Assembly (NCBI GenBank): GCA_047600465.1
Contig: JASGKU010000004.1
Span: forward strand, 490,445-554,444
Length of the DNA stretch: 64,000 bases
Direction of reading: 5' to 3'
From: Agriterribacter sp.
GTDB lineage: Bacteria > Bacteroidota > Bacteroidia > Chitinophagales > Chitinophagaceae
Part shown: positions 53,755 through 63,909 of the stretch, piece by piece
Position numbering within the stretch: the first letter of the stretch is position 1
How the letters are laid out: every line of letters begins with the position of its first letter
Made by a program: the position numbers and the translations under genes
The notes under the pieces: generated by a model
What the model saw: only the letters and a program-made list of their open reading frames with translations
The model's database searches: none
Told to the model about the DNA's origin: nothing

Positions 53755-54261
53755 TTAATCCTGTTCAATTGTTTTTGTTACCAGTCTTGTGTGGATAGTT
53801 TCAGTGCCGTACTTGCGGCGGATTTCTTCAAGCGGTGCATTGGTGCCCCTGGTTTTAAAAACTTCTGATCTGTAATACCAGGCGACCTTTTTCGAAGCGT
53901 ACAGGAAGCCGGCGTCTTTAAGTACAGTCTTAACCGGGAAAGTATTGCCGGTTAACCATATCCAGTTGCCGACTACTTCAATAACAATGACCGGTAAATG
54001 GATAATCTTTTCAATCACTTTGCGGTATTCTTCCGAGAATTTCATTTGCTCCTCTGCCTGTTCGTCGGTCAGACCGGCGCCTTTAGCAAGCATCGCACAT
54101 GCAAAAGCATATTCCGTATTAATGACCTGCATGGAGGCTGTATCTCCTCCGAGGTCAGGATGATTTTCCTTTGCCAGTTTTTTGTAAAGAGACTTTACCT
54201 CTTCTATTGTTTTGCACTGCTGAAAAAACTTTGCAACAGACCCTGATTTTCCTGATTCCAT
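53755..54261 (-). CDS. J-domain protein, paralog of 6789-7295
   Basis: Same length (168 aa), HPD motif, only a few substitutions. Confidence 0.85.
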   Translation of the reverse strand: MESGKSGSVAKFFQQCKTIEEVKSLYKKLAKENHPDLGGDTASMQVINTEYAFACAMLAKGAGLTDEQAEEQMKFSEEYRKVIEKIIHLPVIVIEVVGNWIWLTGNTFPVKTVLKDAGFLYASKKVAWYYRSEVFKTRGTNAPLEEIRRKYGTETIHTRLVTKTIEQD

Positions 54262-55059
54262 AGCTGTAAAATTTAATCGTGATAAAAATGATTGGTGAGA
54301 AACTCCGCCTGCGGCTTCGTTTCATACTTGTAGCAACACTTCTTATCACGGTCTTTTAGAAAAGCAAGGTTTTTTGCAATAAAAATTTTTTGACCGTGGA
54401 ATAAAGGCGGGCCTTTTGCATTTGAAGAGGCATTGTGTTTATGCCGCGAAAGCAAAAACCCCTCGGGTAAGAATGGGTTTAATTTTTTTGCAAAAACGGC
54501 GCAAGTCAAATGAGTGACAAGGATCCTCATTTGACGCAGACCTTGCTTTTACTAAGGACGGTGTAAGATCTTCGCGGCCGAGGTAGAAAAGAGGCGAAAG
54601 GTTTTGTGGGATAATTATTTTTGTTGAATGAGGAAACACTTTTTCCTATAGGATTATCTTCAACAGAAAAGGGCTTAGCAAGTATGCCACTTCGATAGAC
54701 AACGCCAGTATCTCTGGGTGCCAGGCATGAACTTTCTTGTCCTGTTTTTCCATTTTGGTAATTGCTAGTTCTGCAAAACGATTGCGGCTGTTGCTGGATT
54801 CACTTTTCATTATTGATGATATTAAATTGACTAATAATTTACAAACCATTCCTTTGGGATTGCTTCCGCCGCTTTCTTTTGCGTTGTTCTTCCAGCAGGT
54901 CTTCCGGTAAAATAGCAAAAGCTCAAGGTGCTGACACAATCTCTTTTCTTTCCGAATCTTTGATGCCTGGTAGCGCTTTGTCTATACATAAACATTTATT
55001 AAATGAAGACTAGCTCATTTTTTACACAAAAGTTCCGATTCGTTTAGGCGTGGCAACAA

Positions 55060-55200
55060 ACGATATCAAGTTGAAGAAAGCGCGGTTGCGTTTATTCCAA
55101 AAGGAGTTTGGCATAGTCTGCGAAATACCGGAGGTGAAAATATTGAAGCCAGTTTCGCTTATACATCTTCAGGTTTCGAAGCTTTTTAGACAAGTCCGAA
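55060..55200 (+). pseudogene. Cupin remnant
   Basis: AFIPKGVWHSLRNTG...AYTSSGFEAF, bounded by stops. Confidence 0.55.
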
Positions 55201-55338
55201 CACCTGCAGGATAAACTTTCCTTCAAAAGACGATGGACCAAAGAAGAGCGATAGCAAAAAAGGGCGTGATTATGCTACTATGGCCAGTTGTTTGAAAATA
55301 AAATCGTTCACATTTTTATACCTTGTGGTTAAGAAACT

Positions 55339-56106
55339 ATGCATCCTAAACCTGGCAATGTTGATGAACTTTTAAAAAATCTGCGTGTGCTCAACCAGAT
55401 CGGTGCTTCCATTCTATCTGAGCAAAGTACTGAACAGATCATTGAAACAGTTTATCATTATGTGAATCAGCTCATAGATGCCTATTCTTTCGCCATTGGG
55501 GTATATAATAAAATTACAGGTTTTTTCGAGTACACAGGAGCAAGAGAAAACGATAAGGTTATGCCACCATTTTCCATATATGCACATAGTGATGAGCGCT
55601 TTTCGGGTTGGGTATTTGCACATAAAAAAGATATTCTCATCAATGACTTTGAAAGCGAATACCAACTTTACCTTCCTAAAACAATAAAAGCATTACAGGG
55701 ATTGGAACCTGCCTCTCTCATGTATGTGCCGATATTGCTGAATCAAGAGATCATCGGGATACTTTCTGTGAGAACGCCCATCAGGAATGCGTATTCTGCC
55801 CAAAGCCTCGAAGTATTGAAGACAATGGCGGTTTTTATTGGCAAGGCCATAGAAAATGCCGGGATCACGGGAAAGCGTACCCTAAAACCATTGCCAGCCA
55901 ACTATACATTAAATCCATTGTCGGCACGTGAACTCGAAGTGCTTGATCTTTTGTCGAAAGGTTTTACTAATAAGGATATTGCCGCGACCTTATTTATTTC
56001 AGCAAGCACTGTAAAAACACATACGCTGAATATCTACCAGAAGTTTGAAGCTGAAAACCGTACACAAGCCATTGTAAAGGCAAAAGAATTCGGAGTGATC
56101 AGTTAA
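55339..56106 (+). CDS. GAF + LuxR-type HTH transcriptional regulator
   Basis: GAF (SLMYVPI...IIGILSV) and LSARELEVL...GFTNKDIA..LFISASTVKTH. Confidence 0.92.
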   Translation: MHPKPGNVDELLKNLRVLNQIGASILSEQSTEQIIETVYHYVNQLIDAYSFAIGVYNKITGFFEYTGARENDKVMPPFSIYAHSDERFSGWVFAHKKDILINDFESEYQLYLPKTIKALQGLEPASLMYVPILLNQEIIGILSVRTPIRNAYSAQSLEVLKTMAVFIGKAIENAGITGKRTLKPLPANYTLNPLSARELEVLDLLSKGFTNKDIAATLFISASTVKTHTLNIYQKFEAENRTQAIVKAKEFGVIS

Positions 56107-56175
56107 AAATCCACCATTTGGTTGATCAACGCCAAAGAGCTGCTTTTTACTTTTGCTACAAATATTATTAATGCT

Positions 56176-56679
56176 ATGAACAAAGAATTGATTGCCGCTT
56201 TAGCGGCACATGTACCCGTCGACCAACAACTCGCACGTTCCCGCTGGTATGGGCCTAATCTTTTTACCATTCTTGCTACCGCCCGGGAAACACAGGGCAT
56301 ATTTTCTCTCATCAGAGTGACGCTGAGAAAAGGATTTGAACCTCCGCCTCATGTGCACAGCAGAGAAGATGAAAGTTATTTTGTACTTGAAGGAGAGATC
56401 ATTTATGAAGCGGGCGATCAGCGCATACATGCCAAGCAAGGGGACTATGTGCACTTACCGCGGTTAGTTCCACACAGGTTTAAACTTATAACAGATACAG
56501 TTACCGTGTTGCTCTTCATCACACCCGGAGGTTTTGAAAATATGTTCATCGAATGCAGCGGTCCTGCACTTCGCATGGAGCTTCCTCCTGTACCTACTGC
56601 TGCCCCTGGCAGGGAATTCTTCGAAAAGGTAAACCGGATCAGTGCTGAATTAGGTGTAACTACCCTTCCTGATCTATAG
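56176..56679 (+). CDS. Cupin domain protein (quercetinase-like)
   Basis: PPPHVHSREDESYFVLEG, GDYVHLPRLVPH, TPGGFE. Confidence 0.88.
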   Translation: MNKELIAALAAHVPVDQQLARSRWYGPNLFTILATARETQGIFSLIRVTLRKGFEPPPHVHSREDESYFVLEGEIIYEAGDQRIHAKQGDYVHLPRLVPHRFKLITDTVTVLLFITPGGFENMFIECSGPALRMELPPVPTAAPGREFFEKVNRISAELGVTTLPDL

Positions 56680-56758
56680 TTAATCAAAGTTTTTTATTGT
56701 CACCCAAAAAATCGTGTAAACAACACGAATGGGAAGCTATTTGCTTTAAAAAAATATC

Positions 56759-57364
56759 ATGAAAAAGATTTTATTAATAACAGTGATTGCGCTGTGCATA
56801 AGCAGTTGCCATAGCAACTCAGCACAACCCTCAGCATATAAGATTGATGATATGTTGTCAACAATTGAGTGGAAGGGTTCCGCAACAGACCATTTTCATA
56901 TTGGAGCTTTTAAAGTTACCGGCACTTTAGCAACAGGTGATAATGGAAGTATCAAGTCCGGAGACTTTACCATACCCATCTCCTCTATTGAAGATTATGA
57001 TCTTCATGATCCTCTACGGCAAACTTTGCTGGCGGATCTACGGGAAAACTTTTTCAAAATAGCCTTTCATCCTGATGCCAAATTTCATCTTATAAAATGC
57101 ATTGCCTATGAGAGCAGTGATACCACAGAAGTAAGCCATGCCAATTATCTGATAAGCGGCAATTTTACAATGCTGGGACAAACGCATTCGATTTCCTTTC
57201 CGACCAGGATTGTATCAAAGGGAGCAACATTGGCGGCTGAAGCAAAATTTTCCATAGATCGAAGAAAATGGGGGATGGACAATTATAGTAATCCTTCTGC
57301 GCACCTTTACATTCTGCCGGAAGTACAGATTCACCTCCGTATTGCCGCTACAAAACAATCATAA
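56759..57364 (+). CDS. YceI-family lipoprotein
   Basis: Lipobox-like ISSC, STIEWKG, FF....P.A.F, GNFTMLG.T..ISF, IDRRKWG. Confidence 0.88.
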   Translation: MKKILLITVIALCISSCHSNSAQPSAYKIDDMLSTIEWKGSATDHFHIGAFKVTGTLATGDNGSIKSGDFTIPISSIEDYDLHDPLRQTLLADLRENFFKIAFHPDAKFHLIKCIAYESSDTTEVSHANYLISGNFTMLGQTHSISFPTRIVSKGATLAAEAKFSIDRRKWGMDNYSNPSAHLYILPEVQIHLRIAATKQS

Positions 57365-57719
57365 TTGTAAAATCAAGATTCATGACATAGTTTCTTACAC
57401 CGACCATAATGCTTGCGGGCGTACCAGCACGTTTATTCTTGCGGTCTGGTGGACGCCGCAGATGCCGTAAAAATTACTTTGTATGATATGAATACAATTA
57501 AAAGATGTGCCTGTTAATAGAAGACGGTCATTAATACAGTGCAGCGCGGCTAGTATTTGGCAGAGGCTTTGCATTATATTACGGTGTCAATGATCATTGT
57601 TAGATCTTAGACCCCTGGTTGGTTTGAATTTGTGTTTGGATATTACCCCAACAAATTAAGCGTCATGCGTTGTATAAATACAATCACTATCGCAAGTATA
57701 ACACGTAAAAAGGACTGCC

Positions 57720-58004
57720 ATGTATAAAAAAATATTAAGTGATAATGTGCATGAAATTGAGCCCGGTGCTTCAGTCGCCGATTTTCCTTTAGAGGGAGAC
57801 CCCAAGGATAACTTTGACTTATCGGATCTTCCTAATATCAATTCTTATATAAACATGGAAGAGGAAGATGTTGGATATCTTTCTTTAAAACCACACCATT
57901 TCGGACATGTAGATGGCGAAAATTCGCCTCCTCAGTTAGATCACCTCAAAAAAAGTATAGATGAAATGATCAAGGAATCTACCTGGTGGTTTGAAAATCC
58001 GTAA
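57720..58004 (+). CDS. Acidic hypothetical protein
   Basis: Intact 94-aa ORF. Confidence 0.55.
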   Translation: MYKKILSDNVHEIEPGASVADFPLEGDPKDNFDLSDLPNINSYINMEEEDVGYLSLKPHHFGHVDGENSPPQLDHLKKSIDEMIKESTWWFENP

Positions 58005-58314
58005 TCGCCTTGACAGATATGTCGGCAGGCATATGTAAACCCGGTGCTCATACTTCGGTATATCATTATATTCTCCTTCCAACATATATGAACAGCAAGC
58101 CAAGAAAGACTTTCATGTTAGTGTGTAATATCGCCGGATAGCCGAATAATAAAAGAAGGAGCCTGCTTGCGCAGGACTCCACCCTTTTAGAAATGTCAAC
58201 GCAAATAAATTGCCTATGACCCAACTACCAAAATATATTTTCTAATTCGTGAATATATCACATCATATGATCCCTTCAAAAAATTGGGTAGTGTCTCAGT
58301 TTGAAATTATTTGA

Positions 58315-58545
58315 TTATTGTATCAAGTCTTTAATTGTTAGTTGCGTATTGCATTCCTCACATCTCAAATCAGAGTTTGAAAAGACTTCATCCCATCCAC
58401 CCTCTGGATGCAGTGTACCGTTTATATTCTGTAGTGACCATGATTGATACATTTCTGAATAAGGCTGGTCATTCTCCCTTAAAACAATATTCCCTTCATG
58501 CCCACAGTTGCTGCATATTACTTTATAGTACGTTCTCATTGTCAT
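58315..58545 (-). CDS. Small zinc-ribbon protein
   Basis: CSNCGH...ENDQPYS...CEEC. Confidence 0.65.
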   Translation of the reverse strand: MTMRTYYKVICSNCGHEGNIVLRENDQPYSEMYQSWSLQNINGTLHPEGGWDEVFSNSDLRCEECNTQLTIKDLIQ

Positions 58546-58692
58546 AATCTTGCCTTAATAGGATTGAATGTAAATAAAAAACCGCTTATTCAGCGGTTCC
58601 TTTCTTTTTATATTCTCCTCTTTTCTTTGCTTCTGGTTCCCAATAAAATAGAAGATAAGTCTGCTTATTATATTAATAAGAATAAGGTTTTA

Positions 58693-59065
58693 ATGCATGG
58701 GTGGATGCAAGACGGCGATGAGGCCAATGTTTTTCCCTCATTCCGATTTATTCAGTATCAGCATCAATGCTTTTCTTCTTGGGATAAAGTAGAAATGAAG
58801 TCTTTTTGGAGTTTCTTAGAGAAATTTCACAACCATACTTGCAGGATGCTATTTAATCAGGCAGGTAAAAGTGATAAGTCTGGGTTTGGGTATACGCCAA
58901 TGCCAATAGATTTATACCTGAGTCTGAATTTAAAAACACCATCGATCCTACGATAATATTTGAATTACGAGTAAACGACAAAGCGAGAGTACATGGTTTT
59001 AGAGATAAATCCGTCTGCTATATATGTTGGTTGGATAAGAACCACGAGGATTTTTGCCACTGGTA
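58693..59065 (+). pseudogene. Degraded RelE/ParE-like toxin-fold gene
   Basis: Frameshifted segments FSSWDKVEMKSFW and IFELRVNDKARVHGFR...WLDKNH. Confidence 0.5.
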
Positions 59066-59537
59066 TCGGGTTCTGTTTCACCTGTTGCTAAATCAACAAT
59101 TGACTTCGCTTTTTTATTTGCATCTGCTGGTAAGCCATGGGATAAAGATACAAAATGCTTTGCTTACCCGGTCAAGCATGGAAAAATCATTAAATTTCAA
59201 ACTGAGACACTACCAAAAATTGATGAGGATAATAAAACTGAAAATGTTTTACCTGGGCTGTCTACGAGATTAGTAAAAAATCAGAAGTCATCCATTCAAT
59301 AACAACGGCGTTGGCATCCCGCAAAAAGTATATGATAACCTGCTATTGCAAGCACAGCTATAATGGCTAAAGTGGATGAATATGATTTGCTATTAATGCC
59401 AGCATCTGTTATCATACAATTTTTATAGACGATAATTTGGCTCTTTTCTTTTCAACATTTTGAAAAGATAGTTAACTTTATATAGTCAACGTTAAGCGAT
59501 GTAAGGACTCGTCAAATGCGTTAAAATTTGCTCTTTT

Positions 59538-59622
59538 AGTAGACCCAAAAGTAGACCTAAAAAAGTAATCAACTGATTTTCAGATAGGAACGGTCGGAAT
59601 GAACTATCCCGTCCGGTCCGCA
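59538..59622 (+). mobile_element. Putative attR: tRNA-Asp-like 3' end with arm-type direct repeats
   Basis: TCCCGTCCGGTCCGCA (59607-59622) resembles the 3' T-stem/acceptor of tRNA-Asp; AGTAGACC occurs at 59538 and 59550; no complete tRNA upstream. Confidence 0.65.
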
Positions 59623-59624
59623 GG

Positions 59625-59656
59625 AAGGGATGATTGAAAAATCATCCCTTTTTTAT
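59625..59656 (+). terminator. Intrinsic terminator after the tRNA fragment
   Basis: AAGGGATGATT-GAAA-AATCATCCCTT followed by a T-tract. Confidence 0.8.
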
Positions 59657-59814
59657 TGGAGTCTATACAATGCATCTACTTGCAAATCAAGTAAATCGTC
59701 AATTGCAATCCAAAAATTTGCGGGTTCGATAAATCAGATTTTACCAGAACGATAAACTATTGATATATAGTTACTCCTTAGATTTTCAATATGAGTAGTG
59801 GATGGGGCTCGAAC

Positions 59815-59997
59815 TTATTTAATCTCACCCACCACTTCACCATTATTTTTCCTATAAATTTCATTGGCTTGTCTTATAGATATTTCCACTATAATTTGAG
59901 CAATTAAATTAAGGAAAGCCATTTCTTCTTCATTGAACTCATGAGAAGGATTATTGAGTTTCTTATTTGTATCAGGTTGCTTCAAGCTCTCTTCCAT
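59815..59997 (-). CDS. Small hypothetical protein
   Basis: MEESLKQPD...AFLNLIAQIIVEI, amphipathic helix. Confidence 0.5.
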   Translation of the reverse strand: MEESLKQPDTNKKLNNPSHEFNEEEMAFLNLIAQIIVEISIRQANEIYRKNNGEVVGEIK

Positions 59998-60224
59998 ATT
60001 TTTTTCAAGAGTATCTAACCTCAATCACTAACGAGTATTTCGGCCCTCTATAAGTCAGCTAATAATTTTAATCAGATACGATCTATTTGTTTCAGGCAAA
60101 CTAATTACTTATGCAAATGCTTCTGCCGTTTATGTACGACATGAAAACGAATGAAACCTTATTTGGTAAGGTGAGTAATGGAAAGGTGAAATTATTGCAA
60201 GGTTAAATTGATGCCACAGTTTGG

Positions 60225-60542
60225 TTAAAAGAAACCATTCATTTTTATCATATTGTCGAGATTGTCTTCCACCGTTGCATCTTTTACAGTTCGTAAAAAC
60301 TCCTTATTGCCTTCTTTAACTATTATGACATTTGCTCCCCTTTTCCAAGAAGCGGTTTGGTAGCTCCATTTCAAGGTCATTATAGTGTTATTTGCTTTTA
60401 ATAACTGTATTACTGCTGCTTCAGGAGTTTTTTTTCCAGCATTAAAACCTGTAGAAGTATTTAAATGGAGAAACACATCTGTAATCACTCCGGCATCTGT
60501 TTTCCATACACCTGTGATAAAATAATTGGGAGGTACTGCCAT
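60225..60542 (-). CDS. DUF3892-like protein, last gene of the CBASS operon
   Basis: YFITGVW...ITDVFLH...GANV.IV.....EFLRTVKDATVEDNLDNM. Confidence 0.75.
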   Translation of the reverse strand: MAVPPNYFITGVWKTDAGVITDVFLHLNTSTGFNAGKKTPEAAVIQLLKANNTIMTLKWSYQTASWKRGANVIIVKEGNKEFLRTVKDATVEDNLDNMIKMNGFF

Positions 60543-60560
60543 AAACTATAATTTTTACAA

Positions 60561-61637
60561 TTATTGATTGAATATTTCTTTGATATACCTGGGATTTTCC
60601 TCGATTCTCTCTATATCAGTAAATAACTGCTCAGCTAAATAATTCCTTTGTGAACTGCTTAATTTTGAATTAAGGTTATTGTTTGAGTTTGTAACATCTA
60701 AATAATTACTTTGTTGTATTCTTTTTGCAATAAAGTTCATACTGTTTAGCAAATTTTCAGTATCAGAGAAATGCACACCAAACCGGTTATCTGAAAGGGC
60801 ATCAACAACACATTGGTCAATAATTACACTGGGTAATTCTATTCCGTTTCTTACTTTATATGTTTTCAAAAGTTTTACCACTCTTCTGGCCTCAGGTTTA
60901 TTTACTGTAATAGTTTTCTGTACACCAATATTTGTTTTAAAAGAGCTTCCCTTTTGCCAAACCCAATCTGGCCTTACATATAAATTAAGTTCCTTAGTAA
61001 TCTTATAATCGCCAAATTCTCTGCCTGGTACAATATCAAAATGTATGGGAAGTCCATTATGTTCAAATGTTAATCCTATTGCCTTTGTTTGTTTACTTAC
61101 AATAGCTTTATTTCCAAATTGTGCTTGCAAGCAATCATACACATCATAATACATTTCTTCAAGAGTAGAATAACTGTTATTCCTGAACGCTAATACTATA
61201 TCTAAATCAGTATTGGAAGCAATAGCTGTACGTTTAAAAAATGAACCGGCATCTTCTGCTTTACAGATAAGCCTTGATTCAAATTTCCTATTCAGCCATT
61301 CTTTAATATCAGCCTTGTGTGAAAGATATTTTTTCAGTAGCAGTGGGTCCGACTTCAAATCCTCTTCAGACAACACTTTCTTTAAATATTCATCAGAATT
61401 AAAAGGATGTTTGGCTTCTTCAGATAATTTAGCCTCATAGGATAAATATCCAACTCCAGTACCAATTGCACCACCAATAAGAGCATTTTTGAATGTGCGT
61501 TTACCGTTATAAGATTCCCAGGTAAAAGGTTTCTTATCCAGCAAGTGTTCCAACCATTGTAATATGATATCAGCACCAGCTGTACCAGCAAACCCGATTA
61601 AAGCCCATTTTGTAATATATTGTTCTCTTCTTCTCAT
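60561..61637 (-). CDS. Second Pol-beta/SMODS-like nucleotidyltransferase with hydrophobic, Gly-rich N-terminus
   Basis: GSFFKRTAI...DLDIV, KQTKAIG, FDIVPG; N-terminal WALIGFAGTAG and ALIGGAIGTGVGYL segments. Confidence 0.85.
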   Translation of the reverse strand: MRRREQYITKWALIGFAGTAGADIILQWLEHLLDKKPFTWESYNGKRTFKNALIGGAIGTGVGYLSYEAKLSEEAKHPFNSDEYLKKVLSEEDLKSDPLLLKKYLSHKADIKEWLNRKFESRLICKAEDAGSFFKRTAIASNTDLDIVLAFRNNSYSTLEEMYYDVYDCLQAQFGNKAIVSKQTKAIGLTFEHNGLPIHFDIVPGREFGDYKITKELNLYVRPDWVWQKGSSFKTNIGVQKTITVNKPEARRVVKLLKTYKVRNGIELPSVIIDQCVVDALSDNRFGVHFSDTENLLNSMNFIAKRIQQSNYLDVTNSNNNLNSKLSSSQRNYLAEQLFTDIERIEENPRYIKEIFNQ

Positions 61638-61640
61638 AAC

Positions 61641-62501
61641 TTATTCGGTTGAGTATTTTTCATTAACTGCCCATTTTGTGTGTGCTCCAATTTCGTATTC
61701 CACTTCCTTTTCCCTTTCATTAAATCCTAATGAGTTGATAATAATTTCATCTGCCCATTTTATTTGCTCAGTATTGCCGTTTAAATACAATCGATTAAGA
61801 ACTTCAATTTGCTCATCATTGGGTATCAAATCAAAGATCTCAAAGATTAATATCTCCTGGCAATTCAGATTCTTTGCTTTTTGCATAGGTGTTTGAATTG
61901 TCTTAACATATTTATAGTCGATATATCTGAATGCATGTTTATCTGCTTTTTGTTCAATAATGTTGGAGGTAAGTAATTCTTCACAAAACTCACGCCATTG
62001 AGAAGTTTCTCTATCTTCTCGTGAATTAAACCATCTTATAATCTTTAATACAAATCTTCCGGGTAAACGAAAGCGTAAGTCATTTTTTGCAATCCCATGT
62101 TCTGTTTCAAATCTCTTATCAGGTTTAACTTTATACTTTTTAAAGACTTTCTCTACTCCTGGCAATGTTTTATAAGCTCCGCCAACCAACTGGTAATAGT
62201 TCCCTTTTCTATTTTTAACCAGAAGATACTTCCCGTTACTTTTAATTCGAAACAAATAGGAAATAGAAAGGCGTACATCTTGATTTCTATATAAAGTATT
62301 GGTTTTAAATATTAAGGGCAAGTTTTTTAAATTGTAAATACCCTCTACTATTCCAACATATATCGGAGTAGTAATTATGTTAATAGCTATTGCGATAAGT
62401 GCAGCCGGCAAAGGCTTGCTTGCGTCTTTGTAAACAAGAGTGTAACCAATTAATGCAACACCGGCTAAGAAAACCATTATTTCTGCATATTGTCTTTTCA
62501 T
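61641..62501 (-). CDS. 2TM + SMODS-associated NUDIX CBASS effector (Cap16-like)
   Basis: Two N-terminal TM helices; RLSISYLFRIK..GKYLLV...YQLVGGAYK...DLR...WF...RE...WREFCEEL. Confidence 0.8.
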   Translation of the reverse strand: MKRQYAEIMVFLAGVALIGYTLVYKDASKPLPAALIAIAINIITTPIYVGIVEGIYNLKNLPLIFKTNTLYRNQDVRLSISYLFRIKSNGKYLLVKNRKGNYYQLVGGAYKTLPGVEKVFKKYKVKPDKRFETEHGIAKNDLRFRLPGRFVLKIIRWFNSREDRETSQWREFCEELLTSNIIEQKADKHAFRYIDYKYVKTIQTPMQKAKNLNCQEILIFEIFDLIPNDEQIEVLNRLYLNGNTEQIKWADEIIINSLGFNEREKEVEYEIGAHTKWAVNEKYSTE

Positions 62502-63388
62502 ATGATTTTAGGACTTGGCTTTACTTTTGTAATTACATTTTTAAGTACTTCAAAAGATAATGGTTTGTCAGGAAAACTTTCAGCAATAGCTTCAGGTAGT
62601 ATTTTCAAGGCAAGGTCAGAATATGAGTACCCTAAACCTTCGTTTTTGGATGGCCCCGTAAGTTTAACGAGTTCGTTAAGTTCTGCACTTTGGATATGTA
62701 TTCCTTCAAGTGTTTTGACAAAAAATTCCTTCCTGTCATCATCATCGGGCCGTTCAAACTCCATAATTATGGCAGCTCTTCTTAGAATTGCTTCATCAAT
62801 AAAGTGTAACCGGTTAGTTGACATAAAAATAATTGCCCGGCCATTCAAAGCCCTGATTTCATCAATTTTTTGAATCAATGTATTGACAGCAGCTTTTTCC
62901 TCTTGATGCATTTGGTTTGTTGACCTTGTAGTAGCAATCGCATCTGCTTCATCAATAAATAAAAAAGCAATTCTTTTCTTACCAGCCTCTTGCTTTAATC
63001 TGTCAAAAGCATTATTCACAAGGCTTCCCATTTGTCCATGTAAGCCTTCACCACGAACCCTTGTACTTAATTTCAGAAAAAACCCTTCCTTACCTAATTC
63101 ACGAATCATTCTATCTGCGATACCTTCTGCTGACACGGTTTTCCCTGTACCGGCATCACCGGCCAATAACACAAGTGGGTACCTGTCAAGTATTGTATCT
63201 AATACAGGTAATTTAATTTTATGATGCTTTTTACTCCATTCAATTAATCCTTCCTGGTCAATTAATAGTTTAAGATTGTTGTGCACCCTTTCGAATCTTT
63301 TTTGAAACCCAATTAATGCATCAGCCCGTTTTTTTACATCTGAATTGGGCAACTCAATAATATTGTCAAAAATAGTTGTGTTGTTCAT
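62498..63388 (-). CDS. cap6: TRIP13/Pch2-like AAA+ ATPase of type III CBASS
   Basis: PLVLLAGDAGTGKT, VRGEGLHGQM, IDEADAIA..R...QMHQEEKAAVN, STNR...DEAILRRAA. Confidence 0.9.
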   Translation of the reverse strand: MNNTTIFDNIIELPNSDVKKRADALIGFQKRFERVHNNLKLLIDQEGLIEWSKKHHKIKLPVLDTILDRYPLVLLAGDAGTGKTVSAEGIADRMIRELGKEGFFLKLSTRVRGEGLHGQMGSLVNNAFDRLKQEAGKKRIAFLFIDEADAIATTRSTNQMHQEEKAAVNTLIQKIDEIRALNGRAIIFMSTNRLHFIDEAILRRAAIIMEFERPDDDDRKEFFVKTLEGIHIQSAELNELVKLTGPSKNEGLGYSYSDLALKILPEAIAESFPDKPLSFEVLKNVITKVKPSPKII

Positions 63389-63394
63389 GTTGGA

Positions 63395-63907
63395 TTACTT
63401 GTAATTTGTTTTACTTAATTCGTAACCATTACTGGCAAAAGTCTGAGCAGTTTGCCTAGATAAGTTTGGGAAGCTATTGTCAATATGCGATGTTGTCCAT
63501 CCAATTCTAAAGTCATTTGATTGTTGAAAGTTCTCTTTCTGTTGCTGTGTAAGAGAATGCCATGAACTAGTATAACTAAGAATAACAGACAACTCAGTGC
63601 TAGACAGATTCTGCCAGTCATTACCACCAGCTCTATCACCTGTAATAGAAGTACCTGCATCGTTTACAGTGTATTTAGCGGCACGTATAGGTTGGTTACT
63701 TGTATTTAATAAAACGATGTCAACAGTTTTTAGGTATTTTGCCTCAGCTAACTTTATTATGTCGTGGAATACCTTGTCAACATACTCTGTTGACCATTTT
63801 TCAGTACGTTTGGCAATCATTCTTAAATCTGCTTCAAAACCTTCAAAAGTTTTACGTATATCAACTACTGTATAGGTTGAAGTTGCTATGTAAGTGTTGT
63901 AACTCAT
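63395..63907 (-). CDS. cap7: Bacterial HORMA domain protein
   Basis: N-terminal STYT, ADLRMI, YL..V, LSYTSSW..LT..QK, C-terminal TFASNGYELSK; directly upstream of the TRIP13-like ATPase. Confidence 0.8.
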   Translation of the reverse strand: MSYNTYIATSTYTVVDIRKTFEGFEADLRMIAKRTEKWSTEYVDKVFHDIIKLAEAKYLKTVDIVLLNTSNQPIRAAKYTVNDAGTSITGDRAGGNDWQNLSSTELSVILSYTSSWHSLTQQQKENFQQSNDFRIGWTTSHIDNSFPNLSRQTAQTFASNGYELSKTNYK

Positions 63908-63909
63908 AA

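Larger units (their letters stand above)
53370..54610 (-). repeat. Copy 2 of the duplicated module
   Basis: Direct-orientation homolog of 6334-7620. Confidence 0.95.

Noticed and set aside
59550-59625. Complete tRNA gene
   Set aside because: Only the last ~16 nt resemble a tRNA; no D-arm or anticodon arm upstream.
60561-62501. Known two-gene NTase systems (Panoptes, Hailong) as the identity of the NUDIX/NTase pair
   Set aside because: The synthase here is Pol-beta/SMODS-like with a hydrophobic N-terminus and its neighbour is a TM-NUDIX, which does not match those architectures as I know them. An HMM check is still needed.
895-63909. Numerous antisense or out-of-frame ORFs inside recognised genes (e.g. 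895-1251, 15470-15910, 28645-29046, 34873-35337, 62490-62873)
   Set aside because: Shadow ORFs of well-supported CDSs with no recognisable motifs.
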